DNA from: Spirochaetia bacterium
GTDB lineage: Bacteria > Spirochaetota > Spirochaetia > SP-2023
Direction of reading: 5' to 3'
NCBI GenBank assembly: GCA_965225855.1
Contig: CBDDCK010000005.1
Location: 1,792,001-1,856,000 of the forward strand
Length of the DNA: 64,000 nucleotides
The translations under genes were made by a program, and so were the position numbers. Under the pieces are notes generated by a model. That model worked only from the letters and a program-made list of their open reading frames with translations. It was not told the origin of the DNA and made no database searches. Of this stretch, positions 18,556 through 29,477 are shown piece by piece (within the stretch, counting starts at the first letter, position 1; each line of letters starts with the position of its first letter).

Positions 18556-19575
18556 CTATTCTAATTCAAAATCTGAAGACTCTTGCGGAGATTCTAAGTC
18601 GCAAGTATTATTTTTTAAGTTACGATAATAAATCTTTAATTCAGCCTCTGGAATGCTCGTCAACTCACTGACTTGTTGGAACGTCAAAGCATGCCTCATA
18701 TGCAAAAACCGGAAGCGCAAACTATTCAAAATTTGATAGAGGCGTTGTAATTCATCTCGATGCTGCTGCATCACTTGTTGGTCTATTTCCTCTTGTTCTT
18801 GCCTTTTTTGAAATAAACGTTCCTCTTTAAGGTAGTTGAGATAACTATGTTGCAATTTCCGATTGAGTTCATTCTGCTTGGAGCGATGTTGCCCTAAGAG
18901 CAATTCACGCTTTTCAATTAAACCCCAATAGTATGCTACTTGCCATTGGGCTTGGGCTAGCAAAAGCTGTAAGCATTTTTTATCTATATCTATTTCATTA
19001 CATATAAGTAATATTCGCAATACTTTATACAATTCCAGTTTCTTTTTTGCTCGAGAGCTTTGGCTCTCTAATATTTTTTGTGCTATATCTAAAAGCGTTC
19101 TGCCTTTAGCCTGGTGTTGCTGTAATGAAGGCAATACAACAACACCGTTATTGGATTCTGTAACAGTAGAATCCAATTGATCTTTGCCGTAATGATCCTG
19201 ATAATCCACCACAGCCGTCTGATCGAAAGTTGTCTCGCTACAATATGTATAAATTTTGTTATTTCTTTCTTGCTTTTGCTGCTGAATTTTGGCAAAGTTC
19301 TTTCTATAGGTTTTGAATAAAAAGCCTATATAAGATTCTAAGGGTACTTCTTTTTGTTCAAAATTGGTTAACGCTCGCAAAAAAGTTTCGCGATACTCTA
19401 GCAAAAATTCACTCAAGCTATCGCGATCATCATGGAAATACGTTCTTTGGCTTTCATACATTAACGTTTCCACATAATGTATAAATTCTTCTTTCTGTAA
19501 ATGCTGCTTTAATAATTTTGTATTATGGAAACAGTCGCGATAATGTGGGGGGAATATATTGATAAAATCAAACAT
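18556..19575 (-). CDS. Hypothetical protein, possibly a divergent sigma70-like factor
   Basis: Long ORF with RBS aaggag; region-2-like N-terminus and C-terminal HTH-like LTFQQVSELTSIPEAELKIYYRNL; central coiled coil. Confidence 0.5.
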   Translation of the reverse strand: MFDFINIFPPHYRDCFHNTKLLKQHLQKEEFIHYVETLMYESQRTYFHDDRDSLSEFLLEYRETFLRALTNFEQKEVPLESYIGFLFKTYRKNFAKIQQQKQERNNKIYTYCSETTFDQTAVVDYQDHYGKDQLDSTVTESNNGVVVLPSLQQHQAKGRTLLDIAQKILESQSSRAKKKLELYKVLRILLICNEIDIDKKCLQLLLAQAQWQVAYYWGLIEKRELLLGQHRSKQNELNRKLQHSYLNYLKEERLFQKRQEQEEIDQQVMQQHRDELQRLYQILNSLRFRFLHMRHALTFQQVSELTSIPEAELKIYYRNLKNNTCDLESPQESSDFELE

Positions 19576-19809
19576 GTTTTAACTCCTTATATCGTAAAGT
19601 AAATAGATACAGATATGTTTCATTGTAGTTAGTACAGTTTCGACATTTGCTTGTTTTAATTTTACAGTCAATTGGTTTTATTACCATTTTATTTGAGGTA
19701 AGGTATTGACAAGCCCAAATGCTAACCCTTAGAGCAGCGAACTACGATAATTGTATTGTGGTTTTTTCACTATTCAATGCTAGAAACATTAGCGCAAAGT
19801 CTACTATAA

Positions 19810-21543
19810 TTGGCTACTATGATAAGCGAACAAACAGATTTTATCCGTAAGATTGTTGCAGAAGACCTAGCTAGTGGGCGATGCCATAAAGTGGTAACGC
19901 GCTTCCCTCCAGAGCCTAATGGTTATTTGCATATTGGGCATGCCAAAGCATTGAGTATCAGTGCAGATATTGCTAGCGAACATAATGGACAGTTTATTCT
20001 GCGTATGGATGATACCAATCCCGTAGGTGAGGAGCAGCGTTTTATCGATGCTATCCAACAAGATTTGGCTTGGTTGGGCTTACCTATAGCGAATGCAGCA
20101 GAAGAATTGCGTTATGCTTCAGACTACTTTGATATATTCTATCAATTTGCCTATTACTTAATCGAGCAGGGTTTAGCCTATGTTGATGGGCTAGATAGTG
20201 AGATGATGAATGCTTACCGTGGCTCACCTACTATACTGGGGCAGGACTCTCCTTATCGGCAGCGGCCTATTGCTGAAAGTTTGGCTTTGCTTGCAGAAAT
20301 GCGTCAAGGCCAGCACCCCGAAGGCTCTTATACTTTGCGTGCGAAAATTGATATGCAACATGTCAATGTCCATATGCGCGACCCTGTTATCTACCGTATC
20401 AAATATTTACAACACCCGCGCTTAGAGCAACAATGTTGCCTGTTCCCCATGTATGATTTTGCCCACCCGTTAGAAGATGCCATCGAAGGCGTTAGCCATT
20501 CGCTCTGCTCGCTCGAATTTGAGAACCACCGCCCTGTATACGATTGGTTTGTGGCCCAGTTTTGCGCCTTTCGCCATAGCCTAAATATGGCGCAGTTGCC
20601 GCCCAAGCAATACGAGTTTGCCCGTTTGGCAATGAGCTACACAACCATGAGTAAACGCACCTTGCGCGCTTTAGTGGAGCAAGGGCTGGTTTCTGGTTGG
20701 GACGACCCGCGCTTGCCCACCATTAGCGGTATGAGACGGCGGGGTTTCCCAGCCCCGGCCCTACTGGCCTTTGTGCGTGCGGTGGGGGTAACCAAAGTAC
20801 CCAGCACCATTGGTTTAGACTTTCTATACCATCATGTGCGAGAGTATTTGAACCAGCATGCATTGCGCCGCTTTGCGGTACTCGACCCAATTAAAGTGGT
20901 GCTGACAAACTACCCCCAAGGCCAGAATGAACAGTTCTGGGCCGAAGACAACCCCGAAAGTAATAGTGGCAGCACTCGGCCCTTGGACTTTAGCCGCGAG
21001 CTATGGATTGAAAGCTATGACTTTATGGAAGAGCCACCAAAGAAATACTTTCGTTTGGCCCCCGGCAAGGAAGTGCGCCTCAAGAATGCTTATTATATCA
21101 CTTGCGATAAAGTGATTAAAGATGAGCAGGGCTTGGTTACTGAATTGCACTGTAGTTACGATCCGCAATCGCGCGGGGGTGGTACGGCTGATGGGCGTAA
21201 GGTAAAGGGCACTATCCATTGGCTTTCGTGTAAATCGGCTAGGCCTGCCGAATTCCGCCTCTATGATTTGCTGTTTCATCGTGAAGATATGGTCAACTTA
21301 GAAGAAGGTAAGACCTATGTAGATTATCTGAACCCTGCTTCCTTGGTGGTAAAGCAGGGCTATATTGAACCGTCTTTAACTATGCTAAGTTGTAAAGAAC
21401 AGCAGCATGCTATGCAGTTCCTACGTTTAGGTTACTTTGTTGCAGACTCTGTAGACTACCGCCCGCAAAGGCCAGTATTTAACCGTGCAGTGGCTTTAAA
21501 AGACGCATGGGCAAAAGCATGGGCAAAACTAAGCAAAAACTAA
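19810..21543 (+). CDS. glnS: Glutamine--tRNA ligase
   Basis: TRFPPEPNGYLHIGHAK (HIGH), MSKR, GWDDPRLPTISGMRRRG, KVKGTIHW. Confidence 0.98.
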   Translation: MATMISEQTDFIRKIVAEDLASGRCHKVVTRFPPEPNGYLHIGHAKALSISADIASEHNGQFILRMDDTNPVGEEQRFIDAIQQDLAWLGLPIANAAEELRYASDYFDIFYQFAYYLIEQGLAYVDGLDSEMMNAYRGSPTILGQDSPYRQRPIAESLALLAEMRQGQHPEGSYTLRAKIDMQHVNVHMRDPVIYRIKYLQHPRLEQQCCLFPMYDFAHPLEDAIEGVSHSLCSLEFENHRPVYDWFVAQFCAFRHSLNMAQLPPKQYEFARLAMSYTTMSKRTLRALVEQGLVSGWDDPRLPTISGMRRRGFPAPALLAFVRAVGVTKVPSTIGLDFLYHHVREYLNQHALRRFAVLDPIKVVLTNYPQGQNEQFWAEDNPESNSGSTRPLDFSRELWIESYDFMEEPPKKYFRLAPGKEVRLKNAYYITCDKVIKDEQGLVTELHCSYDPQSRGGGTADGRKVKGTIHWLSCKSARPAEFRLYDLLFHREDMVNLEEGKTYVDYLNPASLVVKQGYIEPSLTMLSCKEQQHAMQFLRLGYFVADSVDYRPQRPVFNRAVALKDAWAKAWAKLSKN

Positions 21544-21599
21544 TTACAGGGCCAATAAAATAAGCATAAGCAATTGGGTAAAATAAAAAAGGACAATAA

Positions 21600-22884
21600 A
21601 TGATTCAAAGCACCATAGCCAACAGAACCATATTTTGCCACGACAATATAGATATATTACAGGGCATCAATAATGATACTATTGATTTGGTTTATCTCGA
21701 CCCGCCCTTTAATAAAAATAAAGTCTTTACCGCTCCTATCGGCTCTAGTGCCGAAGGCGCAAGTTTTCGTGATCCTGGTACGATGAAGACATCAAAAAGG
21801 GGTATCTTACTTTAATCGCGGATTTGTATCCTACTTTGTATCAATACCTCAAAGGAGTCGAAGAGATAGAAAGTAGAAGTCATCGCAACTATTTAATCTA
21901 CATGGCTCAAAGGCTTTAGAGATTAAGCGGATACTGAAAAGTACCGGCAGTGTCTATCTCCACTGTGATAACACAATGAGCCATTATCTGAAACTACTAA
22001 TGGATTGTGTTTTTGGGCATAGTAACTTTAGAAATGAGATAGTGTGGTGTTATAGCCGACCCTCTGCACCTAATTAAAGGCAGTTATCAAGTCAAAGGCA
22101 GTTATCAAGAGTCCATAATACGATATTTTGGTATAGTAAAGGGCCAAGTTGGATTTTCAACCCAGATGAGATTAGGCAAGCCTATGCCCAAAGTAGTAAA
22201 GAACGAGAAGGATATGTAGCCAATACTTCTAAAATGACCGATGGCACTCCAGTACAATTATCTCAAAAAGGCAAGTTTCCAGAAAGCTGGATTTATATTC
22301 CGCCACTAAAAGGTAATGCTAATGAATATGTAGGCTACCCCACGCAAAAGCCTTTGGCCTTGTTGGAGCGAATTATCAAAGCGAGCAGCCATGAAGGCGA
22401 TCTTGTCCTAGACCCTTTCTGCGGTTGTGCTACTACTTGTGTCGCAAGCGAAAAATTAGGTAGGCAATGGTTGGGCATTGATGTTTCGGTTAAGGCCTAT
22501 GAGCTAGTTCAGGAAAGACTGCAAAAAGAAGTGGCCAATCCGAATAATTTACTGCAATACAAAAATGAAATTCACTTCAGTACCCAAGCTCCAAAACGAA
22601 CCGATATTGGTGAAGCTTATCAGCTTAAAAAATGGCTCTATGTTATTTCTAACCAATCCTATGAAGGCGAGTATAAAGTAGGTATTGCCAGCGATTGGCA
22701 AAAAAGGCTAAATTCCTATCAAACTAGCGACCCGAATAGGGGCTATAAGATAGAGTATAAAAAGCAAAGTACACGTTTCCGGGCTTTGGGAAAGCATATC
22801 CACGATAGTTTTGAAAGCCGGCACGAGTGGGTACGGGCCAACTTAGAAGATATTATAAAAGCTATCCATGATTTTGAATCTTAA
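21600..22884 (+). pseudogene. Frameshifted DNA methyltransferase-T5orf172 fusion, paralogue of 22900..24357
   Basis: Start with YLDPPFN; frameshifts near 21773 and 21916; YLHCD..MSHYLK recoverable in another frame; in-frame TAA at 22075 inside an 18-bp tandem duplication; intact 3' part 22234..22884. Confidence 0.9.
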
Positions 22885-22899
22885 AAAGAGTGTTTATCC

Positions 22900-24357
22900 A
22901 TGCAAAGCACCCTGAAAAATCGCACCATATTTTGTAGAGATAATCTTGATGTATTACAAGGCATCAATAATGATACGATTGATTTGGTCTATCTCGACCC
23001 GCCTTTTAACAAAAAGAAAATTTTTACCGCTCCAATTGGCTCCAGTGCCGAGGGGGCAGGTTTTAGCGATATATTCCGCGAAGAAGATGTGAAAGAAGAG
23101 TGGCTATTGACCATCCAAGAAGATAGCGAAAAACTGCACAACTTTTTAACTGGCATTAAACAAATAGATGGAAGAGCTTCTTATAACTTTTGTTATTTGG
23201 CTTATCTTTCTATCCGCTTACTAGAATGCCACAGAGTGCTAAAAGAGACCGGGAGTTTATATCTTCACTGCGACCCCACAATGAGCCATTATCTTAAAAT
23301 TGTGTTGGATTGTATTTTTGGCGAGAGTAACTTTAGAAATGAGATAGTGTGGCAACGCAATGATAGCCGAGGTAAAGGGAGTCAATATAAATCTAAAAAA
23401 TTTGGTGCCAATACAGATAGCATTTTATTTTATACTAAAACCGATTTATCTTGCTTTTATCTTTATGAAGATGTATCCGATGAAGAAATATATCAAAAGT
23501 TTCCTAAAGTTGATGAAAAAGGCAGAAGATATAATACCGGCACCCCAATATTTCGTTCTAAGTCCATGGGTGCTAGACCTAATCTATGCTATGAGTGGAG
23601 AGGGTTTCAAAATCCCTACCCTGCTGGCTGGCGATTGAGCAAAGAGCGATTAGAAGAAGAGTGTCAAAAAGGCAATATTATCATTAAATCAGATGGTTCA
23701 CTGGAGCGCAGAAAATATCTTGCAGATTATCAGGGTGTACCAATAGATAACAATTGGACAGATATACATAGAGTCAGCACACACTCTCAAGAACGTACAG
23801 GCTATCCCACCCAAAAGCCTTTGGCACTATTGGAGCGGATTATTAAAGCAAGCACCAATAAAGGCGATGTAGTGCTAGACCCTTTTTGTGGTTGTGCCAC
23901 AACTTGTGTCGCTTCTGAAAAACTGGGCAGGCAGTGGATTGGCATAGATGTTTCAGTACGAGCCTATGAGCTGGTTAAGAAAAGATTGCAAAGGGAAGTG
24001 GCCAATCCGAGTAATTTACTGCAATACAAAAATGAAATTCACTTCAGTAACCAAGCCCCAAAGCGAACCGATATTGGCGAAACTTATCAACTCAAGAAAT
24101 GGGTTTATATTATTTCCAACCAATCGTATGAAGGGGAATACAAAGTCGGCATTGCCAATGATTGGCAAAAAAGACTAAATTCCTATCAAACCAGCGACCC
24201 GAACAGAGACTATAGAATAGAATATAAGGTATTGACCCCACGATTTAGAGAACTAGAGAAGCATATCCACACTGTATTGGATAGCAGGCACGAATGGGTA
24301 CGGGCTAATCTAAAAGCTATAATAAAAGCCATAGATAACTTTGAAACTTGTGGATAA
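22900..24357 (+). CDS. Beta-class N6/N4 DNA methyltransferase fused to a C-terminal T5orf172 (GIY-YIG-like) domain
   Basis: YLDPPFN (motif IV), YPTQKPLALLERII, LDPFCGCATT (motif I); C-terminal WVYIISN..YKVGIA..KRLNSYQT..LEKHIH..HEWV. Confidence 0.9.
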   Translation: MQSTLKNRTIFCRDNLDVLQGINNDTIDLVYLDPPFNKKKIFTAPIGSSAEGAGFSDIFREEDVKEEWLLTIQEDSEKLHNFLTGIKQIDGRASYNFCYLAYLSIRLLECHRVLKETGSLYLHCDPTMSHYLKIVLDCIFGESNFRNEIVWQRNDSRGKGSQYKSKKFGANTDSILFYTKTDLSCFYLYEDVSDEEIYQKFPKVDEKGRRYNTGTPIFRSKSMGARPNLCYEWRGFQNPYPAGWRLSKERLEEECQKGNIIIKSDGSLERRKYLADYQGVPIDNNWTDIHRVSTHSQERTGYPTQKPLALLERIIKASTNKGDVVLDPFCGCATTCVASEKLGRQWIGIDVSVRAYELVKKRLQREVANPSNLLQYKNEIHFSNQAPKRTDIGETYQLKKWVYIISNQSYEGEYKVGIANDWQKRLNSYQTSDPNRDYRIEYKVLTPRFRELEKHIHTVLDSRHEWVRANLKAIIKAIDNFETCG

Positions 24358-24459
24358 AAAGAGAGTGAAATTGAACATCTTGACAAAAAATACATGGTAA
24401 AATTACTATATAGTTTACTGTAGAAAATTCCAGTAATCCGCGTTATAGGTTTTGTTATT

Positions 24460-24974
24460 CTAAGGCCACCTTAGAGCACAAGTAATCGTAATCGGCTATT
24501 TGGGTGTGCTAGTCAACCATTTGCAGGGGCGTTACGCCATTAAATTTAGCCTCAATATCGGCCCCCAGTTTTACTAGCAACTTAGCTATTTTTGTGTAGC
24601 CCTTTTAACAGCGAGATAAAGGAGTGTAAAGCCTTTCTTGGTTTTGGCCTTTATATCGGCAGCCACATCAATCAGTAGTTTAGCTATCTGAATGTAACCT
24701 CTCAAAGTAGCCTGCAGCAGAGGAGTTCACTTATCATAAGTTTGGGTGTTTACCTGAATCCACGGGGCTTTAAACAGGAGCTTAACTATTTCCTCATGGG
24801 GTTTTCTAATAGCCATAAACTTGGGCTGCAACCCTTATCATTGAGGAGGCCAATATTGACATCGGCTTGTACTAACAGCTTGACTATGGCTATATGGCCT
24901 TTTTCGCTAACCTGTGTAAAGGGGTTTTGCCAATGCTAGCGGCAACCTATAGCTAAGGCTAGTTTGAGATTCAT
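24460..24974 (-). pseudogene. Degraded ankyrin-repeat gene
   Basis: Minus strand translates to ..PFTQVSEKGHIAIVKLLVQADVNI.. and TPLLQATLRGYIQIAKLLIDVAADIKAKTKKGFTLLYLAVKRGYTKIAKLLVKLGADIEAKFNGVTPL, interrupted by stops and frameshifts. Confidence 0.8.
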
Positions 24975-25040
24975 ACTAACACTAGTCAAAGGTTGCCACT
25001 TATTTTTAGGCCAAATATCTGTTTCCTTTATATTGCTAAT

Positions 25041-26339
25041 TTATTGCGCAATAGCTGCATCGTACTGACTGAGTACACTCTGGATATGTTGCTCAATTAG
25101 TTGGGTTGCTTGCCACTGTTCTGGCTCCAGTTGCTGCACGGCTAGTGGGAAGTATTGACTGACCAAAGAGTAAGGCAATGTTATTTGCCCCAGCGCGCCT
25201 AAAAGATTTTGGCATAGCAATTGCATTTCTTCTTGAGGCCAATAGTAACGGATACGGTCGCTAAGGCTGTAGAGTAGCTTGTAAGAAATTTGTTCGGGGC
25301 TACCTCGGTAATATTTCTGCCAATGCTGGGGGTTATATTGCAAATAGTCTTGAATTTTATGGATTATCGGGCGATCTATAATGCCTTTTAGCCACCCATA
25401 GCGTTGGAGCTCTGTGGCAATATGGCTTAAAGAAAAAAGAGCTTCGCGGTAAGCATAGCTCAACCAAGGGCCTACTTTAAGTATGGCAAAATGGTTTTTG
25501 ACAAGTTCCCTAAGGCCGTGAGGCCGCTGATAGTCAGTAGAATGTGCTTCAAAAACTAAACCCAGCTCGCAAGCAAGCTGGGATAATTGTTGACTCTTAG
25601 TGGTATCAAAGTAGATAATGTCTTGATCGCCAAACTCTACCCCTGGCTGCACTACCATGGCCACAACCCTATGCTGCCAGACTTCTTCTAAACCAACGGC
25701 ATAAAAAGCTTTTTGGTGAATTTGGTAGGTTTCTTTCGCTGCCAACGGTTCGGTAGGTTTTAGAAATTCTTCATCGCCTTTACTACCTCCTGGTACAGGT
25801 ACTTCCGTGCCAATGATATAAACGGGAGCTGGGCCGAATTTACCCTCTTCCTGCCATGTGGTTTCTGCCACTAGGGCCAGTTGTGCTGCTCGTTGGGCAA
25901 CTAGTTGATCCGTAAGCGGCTGGGGGTCTCCCTTGCAAGGCATACTGGTGTCTAGGTGAATTTTGCGGAATGAAGCTTTGATATAACTGCGCACAAGCTC
26001 TATGGCTTTGCCCATAGCTTGTTCTGCCGTCTCGTTCTGCCAAGCGTTTGGCCCTAGGTGATCACCGCCCAAAACCAAGTTTTCAATGGGATAGTTACAA
26101 TATAGTGCCAACCGATGCACATAGCTGACAAAATCTTGAGGCCGCATACCCGTATAGCCGCCAAACTGGTCGACCTGATTAGAAGTGGATTCAATAACTA
26201 AAGGGTAAGGTCTGTCGCGGGCAAACAGCAGGGCACTGCGTATAACTTCTTCCTTGCTTGAGCAAACACAGTAAACTCCTCTTTGCTTATCGCTTAAATT
26301 CGATTGCAAAATTGCTTGTAACTTTTTAATGGCATTCAT
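25041..26339 (-). CDS. kbaZ: KbaZ/GatZ/AgaZ family protein (tagatose-6-phosphate 4-epimerase / aldolase non-catalytic subunit)
   Basis: IESTSNQVDQFGGYTGM, GGDHLGPN, KIHLDTSM, GTEVPVPGG, FEAHSTDYQ, SDRIRYYW. Confidence 0.93.
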   Translation of the reverse strand: MNAIKKLQAILQSNLSDKQRGVYCVCSSKEEVIRSALLFARDRPYPLVIESTSNQVDQFGGYTGMRPQDFVSYVHRLALYCNYPIENLVLGGDHLGPNAWQNETAEQAMGKAIELVRSYIKASFRKIHLDTSMPCKGDPQPLTDQLVAQRAAQLALVAETTWQEEGKFGPAPVYIIGTEVPVPGGSKGDEEFLKPTEPLAAKETYQIHQKAFYAVGLEEVWQHRVVAMVVQPGVEFGDQDIIYFDTTKSQQLSQLACELGLVFEAHSTDYQRPHGLRELVKNHFAILKVGPWLSYAYREALFSLSHIATELQRYGWLKGIIDRPIIHKIQDYLQYNPQHWQKYYRGSPEQISYKLLYSLSDRIRYYWPQEEMQLLCQNLLGALGQITLPYSLVSQYFPLAVQQLEPEQWQATQLIEQHIQSVLSQYDAAIAQ

Positions 26340-26362
26340 TTTCTTTTCCTTTGTTTAGGGTA

Positions 26363-27343
26363 TTATATGGTATGGTTTTCGTTGTTAAGTAAACTTGGTG
26401 CTGCAAGCTTTGCCAAAAATATGCTAGTATCTAAGCCCAGTTTTTGGGCACCGTACAAACAGGCACCTGCTACGGGATTCAGTTTTGGTGCTTGCAATAT
26501 TACCGAGTCGCAGTATATTTTTAGAACTCTATCCAGTTCGGCCACAAAAGATTTCCCAGCGCCAAAAACCCCGCCATTATAGGATAACCGTACAGGCCTT
26601 TTACCACGGTACAATCGCAGCACCCCATTGACCATTGCGGCTAATTCGCTTGCAGCTTGGGAGAATATTTCCCCAGCCGCTAAATCCCCTGCCATATAGG
26701 CTTGATATAAAAGTTGAGCCAGCTGGGCCATTTCTTTTCGTTGATCAGCCATTTGGTAGACATAGTTTATTAAGCTAAAGTCTGTTGATATTGCCAAATG
26801 TTCTTTTACTATATTGTAAAGAGGGCCTTTTTTTATACGGCCATCAGACATTTTACTAAAGAGCCGGCAAGCTTCCTTCCCTAACCAATAGCCCGACCCT
26901 TCATCACCAAAAATTTCACCCCAACCGCCGGTACGCAAATTCTGCCCCTCTTCATCCACTGCATAGGCCATAGAACCTGTACCGGCAAGAATACTTATAC
27001 CTGCTTGGCAAGCAAGTGAACCGGCCCAAGCCACTTTTACATCATTGAGCAATTCATAAGCGCAAGAGATAATTTCTGCTGCAAGCTGATTGAGCTGTGC
27101 CGTATCGACTGCAGATTCTCCGTAACCCGGAACCCCAATGCAAATAAAATCAATGTCTTTACGGTTACAAAAAGTTTCTTTGCATAGACTTTCAATACCT
27201 TCGCAGATTGTATTTTGATATGCGCGAAAACCTACTTGCTGGTAATGAATACTAGGCCGGACAAAGTAAGCTAATTTTTTACCCTCCAAGTTGCAGAGCA
27301 GAAACTCTGTTTTGCTCCCCCCGCCATCTATCCCAATAATCAT
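26363..27343 (-). CDS. BadF/BadG/BcrA/BcrD-type (N-acetyl)hexosamine kinase
   Basis: GIDGGGSKT, AGTGSMA, GGWGEIFGDEGSGYWLG. Confidence 0.88.
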   Translation of the reverse strand: MIIGIDGGGSKTEFLLCNLEGKKLAYFVRPSIHYQQVGFRAYQNTICEGIESLCKETFCNRKDIDFICIGVPGYGESAVDTAQLNQLAAEIISCAYELLNDVKVAWAGSLACQAGISILAGTGSMAYAVDEEGQNLRTGGWGEIFGDEGSGYWLGKEACRLFSKMSDGRIKKGPLYNIVKEHLAISTDFSLINYVYQMADQRKEMAQLAQLLYQAYMAGDLAAGEIFSQAASELAAMVNGVLRLYRGKRPVRLSYNGGVFGAGKSFVAELDRVLKIYCDSVILQAPKLNPVAGACLYGAQKLGLDTSIFLAKLAAPSLLNNENHTI

Positions 27344-27354
27344 ATAAGAAATCT

Positions 27355-28551
27355 TTAAATATGTGCTTGGGGCAGAGGATAGATAGTAACCCCTTGTACA
27401 ACTCTGTTCACCAATCCCGTTGGAGATGGATTGTCGGGGGCGATACTCAATTGAATAGAATTTTCTAATGCAAAGAGTTGAGCAACAATTACAGCTGCCA
27501 AAGCATAAATATAATTATTGCCTGCATGAATTTGCGGCAAACACAACAATTTATGGCAATAAATTTCTTTTTTGGGTTTTTCTCTTTCCCAATTAGTCTC
27601 TGGGCTGATTGCTACAATATAGTGCTCTCCGGTATTTTCATACATTTCTTGTAGAAGATCGTATTCATACTGCCGGGTATAAGTATCTTCGTTCATAAAA
27701 AAAAGTATTAAACTTTGGTCATAGAGCAAAGACTTAGGCCCATGCCGAAATCCTAGCGGACTGTCAAAGTGCGCTGTATGTTTACCCGCTGATAGTTCTA
27801 AAATTTTCAAATGTGCTTCTATGGCTATACCTTTCATATAGGAAGAACCTAGGCAAATGATACGTTGCTTTTTTAACTGGCAAACAGCAAGTATGTCTTC
27901 TGCTAAATTGGCTATCATTGCCTCTACTTTTAGAAAATATTCTTGCAACTGACGATTATCTTCACCAGCTCCAAATATCATTATTGCCGCCAAGACCATT
28001 GAGCTAAAACTTCCCGTCATGGCAAAGCCTAAATCGTGGGCTCCTTCCAAAATAATGCTCAAGGCATGACTTTGACTTTGATAATACTCAACTAATTCAG
28101 CTTGTGGATTACAGCACAAAATTAAATGGGCAGCGTGTTTTGCGTAAGTATCAACTATTTTGGTCGTTGCTAGGCTTTCGGGACTATTGCCAGAACGTGC
28201 GCACGACACGAGTAGAATCTCATCTTCTTTAGAAAGATAAGAGCTTGGACTACCCACAATATCTGTACTGGCAATACTAAAAACGTTTTGGTAACCAAAA
28301 TTCCGTAAATAGGGAACCACTGTATTGCCAACAAATTCTGAAGTTCCGGCACCAGTGAAAATAATTTTTGCGTGCTTATGCAAATGCGTTTTCAAAAAAT
28401 TGTCTAAAATTTGTTTTTCCCGTGCCAGAATTTTAAGAATATTTTGCCAAAGTTGTGGCTGCTGAAAAATCTCTTGTGCCGTATGTTCTGCTTTGAGCTC
28501 TTTGTATTGCTCCAAGTTTCGCTTTAAAAGTTTGCCTGCCATAAGATACAC
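27355..28551 (-). CDS. agaS: AgaS-like SIS-domain galactosamine-6-phosphate deaminase/isomerase
   Basis: HTAQEIFQQP, GAGTSEFVG, ARSGNSPES, FAMTGSFS, GFRHGPKS, PDNPSPTGLVNRVVQGVTIY. Confidence 0.9.
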   Translation of the reverse strand: MYLMAGKLLKRNLEQYKELKAEHTAQEIFQQPQLWQNILKILAREKQILDNFLKTHLHKHAKIIFTGAGTSEFVGNTVVPYLRNFGYQNVFSIASTDIVGSPSSYLSKEDEILLVSCARSGNSPESLATTKIVDTYAKHAAHLILCCNPQAELVEYYQSQSHALSIILEGAHDLGFAMTGSFSSMVLAAIMIFGAGEDNRQLQEYFLKVEAMIANLAEDILAVCQLKKQRIICLGSSYMKGIAIEAHLKILELSAGKHTAHFDSPLGFRHGPKSLLYDQSLILFFMNEDTYTRQYEYDLLQEMYENTGEHYIVAISPETNWEREKPKKEIYCHKLLCLPQIHAGNNYIYALAAVIVAQLFALENSIQLSIAPDNPSPTGLVNRVVQGVTIYPLPQAHI

Positions 28552-28635
28552 CCTCTCATTTTAATTTTTTGACTTCATATATTTGGACTAACGATATAGT
28601 AAATTAACATAAGCTATAATTTTTTGCTTCAAGAA

Positions 28636-29466
28636 TTATTTCACAGCTCCCGCTGTCATGCCAGCCATAATCATTCGGGAGAGGATGATAAAAACTACAA
28701 TAGTGGGTACTGTAACAATGGTTATACCGGCAAATAATCCCGGCCAATCCCCTGTATATTGCATCGCATTTTGGAAGGCGTAAATCCCTAACTGTAATGG
28801 AAATTTATCTTCAGAAGTAAGCAATATCAAAGATAATTGATATTCTTTCCATAACCAAATAAAATTTAATAAGGCACAAATGAAAAGGCCAGGTTTTGCA
28901 ATAGGCAGCATAACCTTTATGAAAGAAGTCCATGAATTGCAACCATCAATAACTGAAGATTCTGCTATCGATACCGGAATTGTGGAAAAAGAGCCTGTCA
29001 ATAAATAAACACTGACAGGAATGGAAGCTGCCGTATATGCTATTATCAATCCTAAGTGAGTATCACTTAGACCTAAAAACGCCATAATTACATACAACGG
29101 TATATACAACAAAGGAATAGGGATACTCATACCAATAATAAAATAAGCAAAAAGAAATTTTGAGATTTTAAAATTTATTCTACTCAAAACATAAGCTGCG
29201 CCAGTTGCGACAACCAAAGTGAGGATAACCGCACTTACAACAACAATAATGCTATTAAAAAAGAATAAGCCAAAATTATTTGACTCCCATACTCTAGTAA
29301 AATTATTCCATTGAAATTTTTCAGGAATCCCCCATGCATTAACAATTAATTCCTTGCGAGTTTTCCATGCACCTAAAAACACAAACCCAAGCCCAGCAAT
29401 GGAAAATAAGGACCACAGACCAATCAAGATAATATTTATCTTTTTAACCATATATAAAACCAGCAT
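28636..29466 (-). CDS. Carbohydrate ABC transporter permease (MalG-like)
   Basis: ESSVIDGC EAA loop; GMTAGAVK end. Confidence 0.92.
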   Translation of the reverse strand: MLVLYMVKKINIILIGLWSLFSIAGLGFVFLGAWKTRKELIVNAWGIPEKFQWNNFTRVWESNNFGLFFFNSIIVVVSAVILTLVVATGAAYVLSRINFKISKFLFAYFIIGMSIPIPLLYIPLYVIMAFLGLSDTHLGLIIAYTAASIPVSVYLLTGSFSTIPVSIAESSVIDGCNSWTSFIKVMLPIAKPGLFICALLNFIWLWKEYQLSLILLTSEDKFPLQLGIYAFQNAMQYTGDWPGLFAGITIVTVPTIVVFIILSRMIMAGMTAGAVK

Positions 29467-29477
29467 ATAGAAAATTT

